Below are positions 46,801 to 55,542 of a DNA stretch of 64,000 nucleotides, piece after piece. The notes under the pieces were generated by a model. The model was not told the origin of the DNA and made no database searches. It saw only the letters and a list, made by a program, of their open reading frames with translations. This DNA is from Bacillota bacterium (GTDB lineage: Bacteria > Bacillota > Clostridia > Lachnospirales > Anaerotignaceae): the NCBI GenBank assembly GCA_017534115.1, contig JAFWDD010000065.1:2142-66141 (forward strand). Direction: 5' to 3'. How positions within the stretch are numbered: the first letter of the stretch is position 1; every line of letters begins with the position of its first letter. The translations under genes and the position numbers were made by a program.

Positions 46801-47329
46801 AAGACCATTCTTCCTGTGAGTCAACCGAAACCGAACCGATAATATAAATTACACCGGTTTTGTTTCCAATAAGCTCTTTAGCTTTGGAAAAGGTCTTTAC
46901 CGCTGTTTCATCGCTTAAACCGTTATTTTCGTCATCACCGTTTACACCGTCAAGGTAAATACTGCTTCCTGCTTTGGAAAGTGCGTCTGCCACAGCTTCC
47001 TTAAGACCATTGCTGCTTTTTGTCGCGCCTGATACTACATCAACATCAGCAGAATTCGCCTCAATAATTTTTTCAAAAAGAGAGTCTACGTTCTTACTTT
47101 CCCAAAATGTTTCTCCTTCATGAGAAGGACTTGTGACCTCAGTAATTCTTCCATCCGCAATCACAACACGGGCTGTGACTTCTCCGCCGAATCCCGTGCC
47201 GGTACCCTCATAAGTTCCATCCTGATATGATATATCCGCTCCATACACAGCCGCCGGAAGCATTGATACGGCCATCGCCGCCGATATTAGCATGGCGGGA
47301 AACTTTTTTGATTTTTTGATCTTGTTCAT
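43172..47329 (-). CDS. Giant secreted surface protein (1385 aa): N-terminal FMN_bind domain, PMP-like GGG(I/V) beta-helix repeats, Listeria-Bacteroides repeat, CuAO_N stalk domain
   Basis: Start moved to ATG 47329 (MNKIKKSKKFPAMLISAAMAVSMLPAAVYGA), with GGAGGAG upstream. The FMN_bind pattern is DGTYEGTGTGFGGEVTARVVIADGRITEV...ADVDVVSGATKSSNGLKEAVADAL. Many GGG(V/I)-type repeats follow. The tail is shared with gene 1. Confidence 0.85.
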   Translation of the reverse strand: MNKIKKSKKFPAMLISAAMAVSMLPAAVYGADISYQDGTYEGTGTGFGGEVTARVVIADGRITEVTSPSHEGETFWESKNVDSLFEKIIEANSADVDVVSGATKSSNGLKEAVADALSKAGSSIYLDGVNGDDENNGLSDETAVKTFSKAKELIGNKTGVIYIIGSVSVDSQEEWSLDTDGAVYLERGPAYTGSLVEVGDGGELSLSDIIIDGGEISAQSAAVKVNDGGILNIGDGTVIRNNKNMAQYGTGGGVFAVGDVNMTGGSIYGNSANEGGGIAVEKITFRDNTTPCLNFSGGEIRNNQASSGGGAYTWFGEINVSGGEITGNTAETGGGVGFWGTGWGGTGSFTGGSITENSASSGGGIGGSVMTALKFGNGAVVKDNTNTSGENNNIELDGDIEIVSALSGSKAVGVTGIDGTVAALGTGSYTLTESDAAAFFADDPMMETYLDSEKNQVILRIATAEEQLAEVYMNGIDGSNSNDGKTAETAVKSFGQAKALLADDGVIYITDMVTVTSRENWNLSDRGNARIERHSSYIGEEPGDEHGHDYINGPLIEVNGDSADLTLNNMTIDGADIEAVTGLVTVKKGSLTINEGVVLQNAIAANHNGGGLYIYGDGQAAVNGVVIKNNESVGYAGGIYNGVILTLNGAEITGNTAGYNAGGILNNGTMNIKGRIIVNGNVVKAGGKETPSNMVFASGKYATVTGAFSDGSDIGVDSYVKPANIMRPDSWNHPVWGPMVSYAPTEDDMAKLNLDDESGKYKLELADNNININLTAEADAGAVYLDPSAGNDEYDGSEIAKAVKTLDKAMDLANASDGGKIYLVNSIPIESSVTVDGENAVIARYFSFLGDMFAVSGGELELKNITIDGGSEEGITANGSIVKVEKGASLNISEGAVLKNNSAVAAGGAVNNSGKAVMSGGTIENCKTTSRSGGGGVFNASGAEFTVSGGTISKCEAFSGGGIETEGTLNITGGTISENSVRGGGGGVHLFGEGTNAAMTMSGGTIEKNTSSEYYGGGIFLWGGSLDISGGTVKDNTALDNAGIHAISKVNLSGSVHITDNKNSNGRLSNLCVMDVDESTSEYTTKPAFQTGAFTDDARVFINGSGKVVEGGGYTITKDDVSRYGSDLGYTASLQNNDVYMKAKTPSGGGGGGGSSAVSRFTLTYETNGGSEIKAESYSSDTQVTLDKTPVREGYTFTGWYLDKELTNKITSVQMNSSKTVYAGWSDGEQPVKSDENTPLMVIRIGDTKYQLNGADMEMDSAPFIDDNDRTMLPVRVVANALGISDDDIAWDNETKTASFTRPDGKVVSCTVGSNIIRIGDEEIEIDTAPVIVNDRIFLPMRALFNAFNVSDEHILWDGETKTVTVTKEALEDIKALAEESSLEA

Positions 47330-47443
47330 GATACTCCTCCTATATATTTCGGCTTTATAAAACGTCCAGCCCGAAAAAGCCTCTAACTCTAAATAACCGC
47401 TCTTTTTTTGCATATCCCGAAAAGGCAGTAATTGCTCCATTTT

Positions 47444-47459
47444 GTTAGTTAAAGCTAAC
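47444..47459. promoter_or_regulatory. Palindrome GTTAG-N6-CTAAC (candidate operator), gene 2
   Basis: GTTAGTTAAAGCTAAC lies 115 bp upstream of ATG 47329. Additional GTGTTAG half-sites are at about 47526-47532 and 47565-47571. Confidence 0.5.
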
Positions 47460-47946
47460 ATTTGCGCTGATTTTTTGCCGCTTATTTGCGGCATCGTTTA
47501 TAAAGTCATATTTTTCAGCCACAGTCTAACACAGAAAAATATGTTTTGTCAATTGCTAACACGGTGTAAGTACTCCATTTGGAATTTTAAATCGATAAGT
47601 ATCCGCTCTCAGAAAATACCCTGATACACCGAAAAATTTTGGAGGTTTTTTATCGAACATAAAGCCATATGAACACCCCAATTCATATTCTAATCATCCT
47701 CTCTTCTAATAAAACGGTATTTTTATTGTTTTATTCTCGCTGCATCAATCACTCATTTCATCATCCGTCCGCATTTTATTATAAGCATGATATTGTCAAT
47801 TACACCGTAAATATAATAAACCATATTTATCATTCAAGCTCACTTGACACTCTCCGTTCTATTTTGATTCATTTGACAGAACGCACATTTTTTCAACAAA
47901 AGGTTTTTTACCTTTACCCCGCGATTTAGTTATACTAAAAGCCCCG

Positions 47947-48273
47947 TCATTAATCTGCCAAACGCATAACAACAACGGGGCTTTCTATGTATATTATTCA
48001 ATTATCCGCTGCGTCCTCCTTCCTCCGTTCGCGGCTGCAGCCTGACCGCTGTCATAAAGCTTCTTTCACGTTTCGCAGTTGGACAAAATCAGCAAAACAC
48101 CTGTGTTTCAGAGCTTTCTGACCTTGTCTCTATTTTATCACAAACCTCTATCCTGCTGCGTATTATTCCTGTTTCTTTCATCCATTACATCCTCCTTTTT
48201 TGTTTAGTGTGTTGTATTGTCTGCAAACAAAGTCAGATTATACGTTTTCGGGCAATTTATTGAATGGAAGAAA
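47947..48273 (-). repeat. Composite 'R-S' repeat, copy D (full length)
   Basis: Reading the minus strand: an AbrB-like promoter, RBS and about 11 codons (48148-48273), fused to a ~200-nt tail (47947-48147). The tail ends in GCCCCGT...ACGGGGC followed by TTTT. Confidence 0.8.
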
Positions 48274-48401
48274 GTTGAAAAAGCCGGGAGTATCTGGAAT
48301 TAATAATTTGGCCCGATTACAGCTTTTTGGTGTTGAGATCAAGTTTTCAACTGTTTTCGGAATTTATCCGCTCATCCGTTAAATCCACTGTGTATGCCTG
48401 T

Positions 48402-49235
48402 CTATTCTTCAAAAGCCGTTTTGCATGAATCCTCATAATAAGATTCAATCTCCCTCAGAAGATTTTCATAGTGCTTAATTGAAGCGTCACTGCAGTCCTT
48501 CCCGATTGTAATTATCTGAGGCAAAATATCCCTGCCGGCAATTTTATATAAAAACTTGGCGGCTTTGGCCGGATCTCCCGCTTGTTTGTGATTATTCTCC
48601 TTCATCCACTCAATCATTGTGTGAGCTGGAGTAGCATCGTATTCAGGCATAGGGTTCTTTGGAAAATGAACAGAGCTTTCATCACGGAAATCCGTTCGGA
48701 ATGCTCCCGGAGCCACCGCCGCTGTCTGAATTCCGAATTGATTCAGTTCATTGTTCAGACTTTCGGAAAGACCTATAACCGCAAACTTTGCGGCACAGTA
48801 AACAGTACCGCCGTTAAAGCCCATAATACCCGCCTGTGATGAAACGTTAAAAATACGTCCGCTTCTCTGTTTTCTCATAACAGGAATAACCGCGCGGCAT
48901 ACATTTACCACCCCAAAATAATCTGTCTCGAAAAGCATACGAAGCTCCTCGTCCGATATTTCCTCAAACGCGCCATTCATTCCGAATCCCGCATTGTTGA
49001 CAAGATAATCTATCCTGCCGAACTTTTCCGCGCCTTTTTCTACCGATTCCCTTATTTCATCAGGCTTTGTGACATCCATTATAACAGGAAGCACATTCTC
49101 ATCCCGAAATAATTCATCATCATGATTCAGTTTTCTCACTCCGGCAATCACCTTATCTCCGTTCCTTACGGCTTCCTCTGCAAAAGCCCTTCCAAGACCT
49201 CTCGACGCACCTGTAATCATCCAAACCTTATTCAT
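48402..49235 (-). CDS. Short-chain dehydrogenase/reductase (SDR)
   Basis: ITGASRGLGRA (TGxxxGxG), NNAG and YCAAK (YxxxK). Start at ATG 49235, with AAAGGAG 8 nt upstream. Confidence 0.85.
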   Translation of the reverse strand: MNKVWMITGASRGLGRAFAEEAVRNGDKVIAGVRKLNHDDELFRDENVLPVIMDVTKPDEIRESVEKGAEKFGRIDYLVNNAGFGMNGAFEEISDEELRMLFETDYFGVVNVCRAVIPVMRKQRSGRIFNVSSQAGIMGFNGGTVYCAAKFAVIGLSESLNNELNQFGIQTAAVAPGAFRTDFRDESSVHFPKNPMPEYDATPAHTMIEWMKENNHKQAGDPAKAAKFLYKIAGRDILPQIITIGKDCSDASIKHYENLLREIESYYEDSCKTAFEE

Positions 49236-49264
49236 AGCTAAATCTCCTTTTTTTAATCCGCATT

Positions 49265-51088
49265 TTATCTTCCAAAAAACCATCCCATGACATTTTTATC
49301 AAATGCCGCCAGCATACCGGCTCCGTGATAATCCGAAGCATACATACCATGTGGCTTTTCTCCGCTGGATTTCATCTCTGCGTCAAACCAGCTGTCTTCT
49401 CTGATGTCCAGAACAAGCAGGTCATCTATTTCATCGTTTGAAAGCCCCTGTCTGTGGTATGCTTCCCTGATACCTTCATATGCTTTTATAACGGGCTCCG
49501 CTCCATAATAACTGTCATGCTCCGAAGTAAAAAGATATAACGGTATTTTTGCCTCTGCAACAGTTTCATAATCCCCGTCCCATTGCGAGCTTATAAAGAG
49601 AGCTGCCCTATATAATTCCGGATGCATGGAAAGCACTACGGAAAGAGTCTCCCCACCGCCCGAATATCCGCTTATGAAAACATTTGACGGGTCAATGGAA
49701 TAGGTTTCAAGCATATACCGGGTCAGCTCAACTGCCTGTTTTGCACTTTTTTCGCCCCAATCCTCAAACTGAGGAGATACAATTATCAAGTCATCTCTGT
49801 ATTTTACGGCTTCAAATGGAAGAAATTCGCTACGCAAATCCGTCCCGGCTCCCTGAAAATACAGACCTTCCCATCCCGGCATTGCAATATAAAGACTGTA
49901 TGTCTTTTTTTCGCTGTAGTCCAAAGGAACATAAATATTGTAGTGAATCCGTCCTTCCTGCCCGTCAATCACATTGTCCATTGCGAAATCATCAATGCTT
50001 ATGTCACTTTTTTCAGCCGCCGGAGATCTCATATTACTTTCCCAGAAAGCCACTGCATTATCCAGCCAGCCTTCAGCCCCTGTACCTGTTCCGAGACCGA
50101 AACCGTGAGGCAATCCGTAAAACACATCTATTCTCGCATCGGTTCCGTTTGCTTTTATCTGTTCGATACGGCGCTCCATTATCTCGTAATCCGCAATGGA
50201 ATCAAACGTGCCTACGCAATTATAAGTAGGCGGCTCGTTACCATTAACTTCCGAAAGACCTGTATACTGCATTATGACGGCTCCGGGCGCAGGATATTCT
50301 TTTTCTCCGTAAGCGGCTGTTCCGTAGGAACCGAGCCATGCCGCCATTCTCGCGCCAGCGCTTCCGCCCCAAAGGGAATAGTCAGAAGTGTCAATTTCCA
50401 GTTCTTCCGCATTTTCAAATATAAATGAAATTGCCCGAGCCAGATCCTTGCATGCTGTCTGAGTGCCCGGTTTGTAAATCAGCGCAAATGCATTATACCC
50501 CTTTTTTGAAAGCTCCAGGGCCTGAGGAAAACTGTCATGCATTGCTCCCACATATACCATTCCGCCGCCTGCATTGACCACGGCAAATTTAGCTCCCGGA
50601 TTTCCTTTAAAGAAAAACAATCCTGTATCTTTTTTTGCCGGATCTGCCTCTTTTTCCGCATCAGAGTATATGTCATAGAAAACCGTTTCTCCGGCAAGTG
50701 CATGATTCTTCATATAGTTGCAGATTTCCACGGTTTTATCGGGATCTATATAATTATACCATGTGAGATAGAGATCCTCCAATGTGTGCCCCCTGTAATA
50801 TCCCGTATTTACAGGGAAAAGCAGCCTTCCATAATCTCCCAGCGCAGCGTCCTCCATCACTTCAGATATTTTTGTGGTTCTTGTATAATATTGTGTCATT
50901 TCCGATTCTTTTCCCATAGCACCGCCCTTTTTCATATTATCAGCCTGTCCAACGGTATCTTCATCACTTTTTTCGGCTGAAACAGTATTTTTAGTTTCAG
51001 TGCCGTATGTAAACACAGATGGACCGCAGGCACACAAATTAACCGCAAATACAGCAGCAAAAATCACAGCTGTAATCTTCTTTTTCAT
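49265..51088 (-). CDS. Lipoprotein with two alpha/beta-hydrolase (esterase) domains
   Basis: The signal plus lipobox reads AVNLCAC. The first nucleophile elbow is LWGGSAGARM and the second is ISGYSGGGE. Start at ATG 51088, with GGAGGTG upstream. Confidence 0.75.
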   Translation of the reverse strand: MKKKITAVIFAAVFAVNLCACGPSVFTYGTETKNTVSAEKSDEDTVGQADNMKKGGAMGKESEMTQYYTRTTKISEVMEDAALGDYGRLLFPVNTGYYRGHTLEDLYLTWYNYIDPDKTVEICNYMKNHALAGETVFYDIYSDAEKEADPAKKDTGLFFFKGNPGAKFAVVNAGGGMVYVGAMHDSFPQALELSKKGYNAFALIYKPGTQTACKDLARAISFIFENAEELEIDTSDYSLWGGSAGARMAAWLGSYGTAAYGEKEYPAPGAVIMQYTGLSEVNGNEPPTYNCVGTFDSIADYEIMERRIEQIKANGTDARIDVFYGLPHGFGLGTGTGAEGWLDNAVAFWESNMRSPAAEKSDISIDDFAMDNVIDGQEGRIHYNIYVPLDYSEKKTYSLYIAMPGWEGLYFQGAGTDLRSEFLPFEAVKYRDDLIIVSPQFEDWGEKSAKQAVELTRYMLETYSIDPSNVFISGYSGGGETLSVVLSMHPELYRAALFISSQWDGDYETVAEAKIPLYLFTSEHDSYYGAEPVIKAYEGIREAYHRQGLSNDEIDDLLVLDIREDSWFDAEMKSSGEKPHGMYASDYHGAGMLAAFDKNVMGWFFGR

Positions 51089-51139
51089 TTTCTGCACCTC
51101 CAAAATAAATCCTTCAGAAACTGCCAGTCCTTAAATTAT

Positions 51140-52156
51140 TCACTCAGAAAAAAACTCGGGCAGAGCATTATACAGATATTCCTGAACAGCCACAAAATCA
51201 TGGTAACCGCCATCCTTCTGATAAAATACATAATGCTCCGGCGTAAATACATCGTTTCTTTCAAGCATTTCATCTGCCATCATTATACTCTGGCTCTTGA
51301 CCTCATCCAGCGTTCCCACGGCGTGATAAATGAAATATCCTCTTTCATCCAGTTTATTATCCTTCACAAGCTGTTCGATGAAATTCGCATTGTTTTCGAT
51401 CTGAAAATCCCCGTAAGTACCATAATACCAGCAGGAACCGCTCATGGGCAGAAAATAGCGGATATAATCGTAATCATAACAGAATTCCAGCCATGTTGTG
51501 ACACTGCCCAGAGAAAAACCTCCGAAAACACGATGATCCCGCGATGCAGCAAGATCCTCCTTACTTACACTTTCCGCATAAGTATGGAACATTCCTTCCA
51601 CTGCCGGCATCAGGTTTTCTCTGAAATCACGGTGAAACTGTCTTAATTCCTCGATAGAACCATTAAATCCTGTGTCGCTGTTTTTATTGTAAAACGAAGG
51701 AGATACTATAATAACAGGCGAAATATCCCCTTTTTCAATCATGTTGTCAAACAGGTTTTTCATAAATACGTATTCAAAATATTCTCCTGCATGACCGCCC
51801 CATCCATGCATCAGATACACGATGTCATATCTTGTTTCCTCGTCTTCTTCATCATATCCATATGGAAGATAAACATATGCCGTTTTTGTGATTTCAGCTC
51901 CTTCACGGACATAGTCACGGGAAGTATAATCTATTTTGACAACACTTCCCTGACGGGCAGCTGTTTTCAGGTATTCCTCTGGCACAGGAAGTGTGTATCC
52001 CGTCTGCATCATACCCTTGTCAGAAGATGCTCCTTCGTTTTCCGACGTTTTCATTTCTTCCGCAGGTTCGTACGCTTTTGCCGACACGCCATTGGCGCAG
52101 GCAGTAAGGGATACCGCCAGTAATCCTGCAATAAAAATAATAATCAGTCTTTTCAT
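51140..52156 (-). CDS. Lipoprotein esterase (putative-esterase/esterase-D-like alpha/beta-hydrolase)
   Basis: MKRLIIIFIAGLLAVSLTAC lipobox, YVYLPYGYD...YLMHGWGG, and nucleophile elbow GGFSLGS. Start moved to ATG 52156. Confidence 0.75.
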   Translation of the reverse strand: MKRLIIIFIAGLLAVSLTACANGVSAKAYEPAEEMKTSENEGASSDKGMMQTGYTLPVPEEYLKTAARQGSVVKIDYTSRDYVREGAEITKTAYVYLPYGYDEEDEETRYDIVYLMHGWGGHAGEYFEYVFMKNLFDNMIEKGDISPVIIVSPSFYNKNSDTGFNGSIEELRQFHRDFRENLMPAVEGMFHTYAESVSKEDLAASRDHRVFGGFSLGSVTTWLEFCYDYDYIRYFLPMSGSCWYYGTYGDFQIENNANFIEQLVKDNKLDERGYFIYHAVGTLDEVKSQSIMMADEMLERNDVFTPEHYVFYQKDGGYHDFVAVQEYLYNALPEFFSE

Positions 52157-52310
52157 ATTGTCACCCCAATACATGAACCGCCGGAATAACCTAAACAGCC
52201 TCCGGCGGACAAATAAAACATTTATTCTTAAATAACAACACTTTCGAAACCGGTCAAATGCGGTCACTTTGTCAGGATTTATCCTTGCATCTGACGGTTT
52301 TTATTTTTTA

Positions 52311-52973
52311 TTAATAATCCAGACTTCTGACCCATTCTCTTACATCATTTTCCGAAGAATCAACCTTTCCTCCCCGGATAGAAAGGGCATCATCCTTTCT
52401 GAAATCAGCTCCATTCGCAAGGGCCTCAACCGTCGGCAATGCGTTTGCCCCGTTGGAGCTTCCCTCATGAGAGAAAAACGGAATTATAATTTTGCCCGAA
52501 AAATCGTAGCTTTCAAGAAACGTCCACATAGGCATGGGCAGATCGTACCACCATACAGGGAATCCTAAAAAAACTGTATCGTACTTCGCCATCTGCTCCT
52601 GAGTAAGGTCTATGTTTATTTCCGGACGAACACCGTTATCCTGCTCGGATTTTGCCCTGTCGGCAGTCTCATTATAGTCTTCGGGATAATCTTCCTTTGC
52701 CGTAACCCTGAACAAATCACCGTCTGTTTCATCGGCAACCCAATGAGCCATACTGTCCAGATGCCCTGACCATGAAAAATATACTACAATCACATTTTTA
52801 TCTGCATCATCAGCCTTGCCGGCATCATAAGCTCCTTTGCTTTCCGCCGCCTGGACGCTTTCCTTATTCTGCTGAGAGCTGTTTTCGTTATCACTGTTTC
52901 CCGTACTGCCGCACGCCGTAAGCAGAAGCAGCAAAGCCATTGCAATTAATAATCCCGATAATCTTTTTTTCAT
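52311..52973 (-). CDS. Lipoprotein with flavodoxin-like (Flavodoxin_4-type) domain
   Basis: MKKRLSGLLIAMALLLLLTAC lipobox, a low-complexity linker, then VIVVYFSWSGH...FLGFPVWWYDLPMPMWTFLESYDFSGKIIIPFFSHEGS. Start at ATG 52973, with AGGAGG 7 nt upstream. Confidence 0.75.
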   Translation of the reverse strand: MKKRLSGLLIAMALLLLLTACGSTGNSDNENSSQQNKESVQAAESKGAYDAGKADDADKNVIVVYFSWSGHLDSMAHWVADETDGDLFRVTAKEDYPEDYNETADRAKSEQDNGVRPEINIDLTQEQMAKYDTVFLGFPVWWYDLPMPMWTFLESYDFSGKIIIPFFSHEGSSNGANALPTVEALANGADFRKDDALSIRGGKVDSSENDVREWVRSLDY

Positions 52974-52975
52974 GC

Positions 52976-53470
52976 TCAATCCTCCTGTTTTTTAATCTTG
53001 TTCAGCCACCTGCAAACGGCAGGACCCGGTCCGTGTTCCGCATCACGCATCTCCACCGAAAGCCCTTCCAGCACCTCCGCATTTGGCTGAAGCCTGCGGA
53101 TTGTATCATATGTACCGCCGTTTTCGGAACCCATATGAGTGTTAAACGGAATTATGGTTTTTCCGCTGAAATCATATTTTTCAAAAAACGTATAAATTAT
53201 CATGGGGAATGTATACCACCATATGGGATAGCCAACATATATCCTGTCATATGCGCTGATGTTTATTTTATTTTTTATGGCAGGCCTCTGATTGCTGTCG
53301 CATTCTTTCCTCGCCTGCCTCGACAGAGCATCATAATGCTCACGGATGCCGTCATAAGGAATAGCGGGAATGATTTCCTCAATATCAGCGCCTGTATGCT
53401 TCGCTATTTCCTTTGCGAGGATTTTCGCAGTTCCATAGACTGAAAAATATACCACCAGTTCTTTACTCAT
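52976..53470 (-). CDS. Flavodoxin-like protein without a signal peptide
   Basis: MSKELVVYFSVYGTAK...VGYPIWWYTFPMIIYTFFEKYDFSGKTIIPFNTHMGS. GGAGG lies 7 nt upstream. Confidence 0.8.
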   Translation of the reverse strand: MSKELVVYFSVYGTAKILAKEIAKHTGADIEEIIPAIPYDGIREHYDALSRQARKECDSNQRPAIKNKINISAYDRIYVGYPIWWYTFPMIIYTFFEKYDFSGKTIIPFNTHMGSENGGTYDTIRRLQPNAEVLEGLSVEMRDAEHGPGPAVCRWLNKIKKQED

Positions 53471-53491
53471 TTTAATTCCTCCATAAAAGGC

Positions 53492-54616
53492 TTAATCGCA
53501 TAATCCATGCGCATCCAGCCATGCTTCCACATGATCCGCAATCTCCTTATTGTTCATCTCCTGGAAAAGGAAATGGCTGTTTCCCAAAAATCCTTCATCC
53601 GGCAGATTTATTACCTTAGCGTCTCCGCCTCTTTCATTGTACGCATCGGAAAATGTTATACAGGAATTTCTTGACATCTGCCAGAAAGCTGTTGAATCAA
53701 TATCCTCCGGACCATTATCGATATTGTCTCCATAATAGAATATAACAGGAATCTTGTCTTCCAGATTCATAAATTTATCCCACGCTTCCTGCATCATTCC
53801 TTCCATGGGCGCAAATCCGGGTTCAATCGCCACGATTGCGGATACATAATCCAGAGACACATCCCAGCCGACAAGTCCGCCTTGGGAATGTGTTACAAGA
53901 ACGGCCTTGTTCCCGGTCATGTCATAAACCTCTTTAAGGACCTCGTTCATAGCCTGTGCTATTACTTCCTGGTCATACTCTCCTGTATTCGGCGTCATCT
54001 GGCGGAAAAACTGATCCTGGGCTTCTGCTCCTTCTGGAAACTGAGAATTTTCATAACGGTCCGGCGCAATCTTTCCGATTCTGAAATGGGTATACCATGC
54101 CTGATCTCCGGGAAGAGTATCCACCGGTCCTTCCGCAGTCTGTCCGGCCTCTCCTCTGCGGGGCTGATCCACAAGAAAAACGCTGTGCCCGGCTTTAAGG
54201 AAAATATCCGACCAGCCTTCACGTCCGTCCGGAGTTGTCATCCAGCCCATTCTGGACTGCCCTGCTCCATGGAGAAAAACGATAGGATTTCCGTTATCGT
54301 TTTCCGGAATCTGATAGAACACATTGGCATGATCTACATGCATTGTGTTTCCCGAACGCGCTGCATCCTGCCAGTTCTGCGCTGCATTGTATTCTCCCGG
54401 CAAAGGCTCCGTTACCGTGCCTCCCGCAGAAAAATATCCCTGTTTTGAAATACGCAGAACACCTTCGTCCTCGGATACATCTGCGCTTATTTCTGCCGCA
54501 TTTGAAGCCGGGCTGCCAATATCTGACAACTGTTCATTGGAAGCAGTACTTCCGCAAGCCGTCAGCACAGCTGTTATTAATCCGGCTATAATTATGGCCG
54601 AAAATCTTTTCTTCAT
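53492..54616 (-). CDS. Lipoprotein alpha/beta-hydrolase
   Basis: MKKRFSAIIIAGLITAVLTAC lipobox, VFLHGAGQS, and nucleophile elbow VTHSQGG. Confidence 0.75.
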   Translation of the reverse strand: MKKRFSAIIIAGLITAVLTACGSTASNEQLSDIGSPASNAAEISADVSEDEGVLRISKQGYFSAGGTVTEPLPGEYNAAQNWQDAARSGNTMHVDHANVFYQIPENDNGNPIVFLHGAGQSRMGWMTTPDGREGWSDIFLKAGHSVFLVDQPRRGEAGQTAEGPVDTLPGDQAWYTHFRIGKIAPDRYENSQFPEGAEAQDQFFRQMTPNTGEYDQEVIAQAMNEVLKEVYDMTGNKAVLVTHSQGGLVGWDVSLDYVSAIVAIEPGFAPMEGMMQEAWDKFMNLEDKIPVIFYYGDNIDNGPEDIDSTAFWQMSRNSCITFSDAYNERGGDAKVINLPDEGFLGNSHFLFQEMNNKEIADHVEAWLDAHGLCD

Positions 54617-54683
54617 TTTTATTCCTCCTCATATTATTCATCAATAAATCCTATCATTTACAAAAACATCCGGCAGGCTCCCG

Positions 54684-55526
54684 TCAAATATCCTCTTTGA
54701 GCTCCATAGTCCCATAAGACGCTATCATTTCCGGTGTCGCAGTATAGTAGCGAACGCCTTTATTTATACCGGCTATGGCCTCCATATCTTCTTTCGTCAG
54801 TTCAAAATCGAAGATATTGTAATTATCACGGATGTGGTCAGGATTTTTGGAACCTGGTATTACCACATGTCCGCTCTGAATATGCCAGCGGAGTATTATC
54901 TGCGCGTTTGTCTTGCCGTACTTGGCCGCAAGCTCCGTAAACACAAGCTCATTTACAAGGTTCTTATCTCCGTGGCCCAGCGGAAACCATGCCATAAGGC
55001 CCATTCCTGTCTCGGCAAGCATCTTTTTAAGCTCCGTTTGAGGGAAATAAGGGTGAGCCTCTACCTGCACTACCTGAGGCTTTATCTCCATTGTTTCTAT
55101 AGCTTCCTTCAGAAGGCCTTCCGGAAAGTTGGAAAGACCTATCGCTTTTACCTTGCCTTCTTTTACGGCCTTCTCAATATTCCTGTATCCTTCACGCCAG
55201 TTATCTGTAGGCTGATGGAGGAAAAGAAGGTCAATATAATCTGTCCCCAGCCTTGCAAGGGTCTCATCAACGGCCGTCTCTTTTTCATATACAGTAGGCC
55301 AGAGCTTCGTAACAAGAAAAATCTCCTCCCTTGCCACTCCGCTTTTTTTGATACCTCGTCCTGTTGCTGATTCATTCATATATCCGTTTGCCGTATCAAT
55401 CAGCCTGACTCCGCTTCTCAACGCGCTTTCCACTGCTCTTTCCGCTTCCTCCGGAGTAAGCATAAATACGCCAATACCTGCCATAGGCATTTTTATTCCG
55501 TTATTCAGTGTGAAGTATTCCATCAT
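54684..55526 (-). CDS. Aldo/keto reductase
   Basis: LNNGIKMPMAGIGVF...IDTANGYMNE...LWPT...LFLHQP...IPGSKNPDHI, the AKR pattern. Confidence 0.9.
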   Translation of the reverse strand: MMEYFTLNNGIKMPMAGIGVFMLTPEEAERAVESALRSGVRLIDTANGYMNESATGRGIKKSGVAREEIFLVTKLWPTVYEKETAVDETLARLGTDYIDLLFLHQPTDNWREGYRNIEKAVKEGKVKAIGLSNFPEGLLKEAIETMEIKPQVVQVEAHPYFPQTELKKMLAETGMGLMAWFPLGHGDKNLVNELVFTELAAKYGKTNAQIILRWHIQSGHVVIPGSKNPDHIRDNYNIFDFELTKEDMEAIAGINKGVRYYTATPEMIASYGTMELKEDI

Positions 55527-55542
55527 CTTTGTCTCCTTTCAA

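Noticed and set aside
44313-46847. Several 87-222-aa plus-strand ORFs (Pro-rich) inside surface-protein gene 2, and similar ones in gene 1 (37217-41466)
   Set aside because: They are antisense to Gly/Ser/Thr-rich repeat coding sequence, so GGN codons read as Pro on the other strand. They have no independent signals.
47947-48147. Group I/II intron or IStron interpretation of the 'S' tail inserted into an abrB-like gene
   Set aside because: There is no GUGYG 5' end or domain-V-like hairpin. The last shared exon base is not U as a group I intron would need. No downstream exon continuation exists. The idea is recorded under the R-S repeat finding but is not supported.
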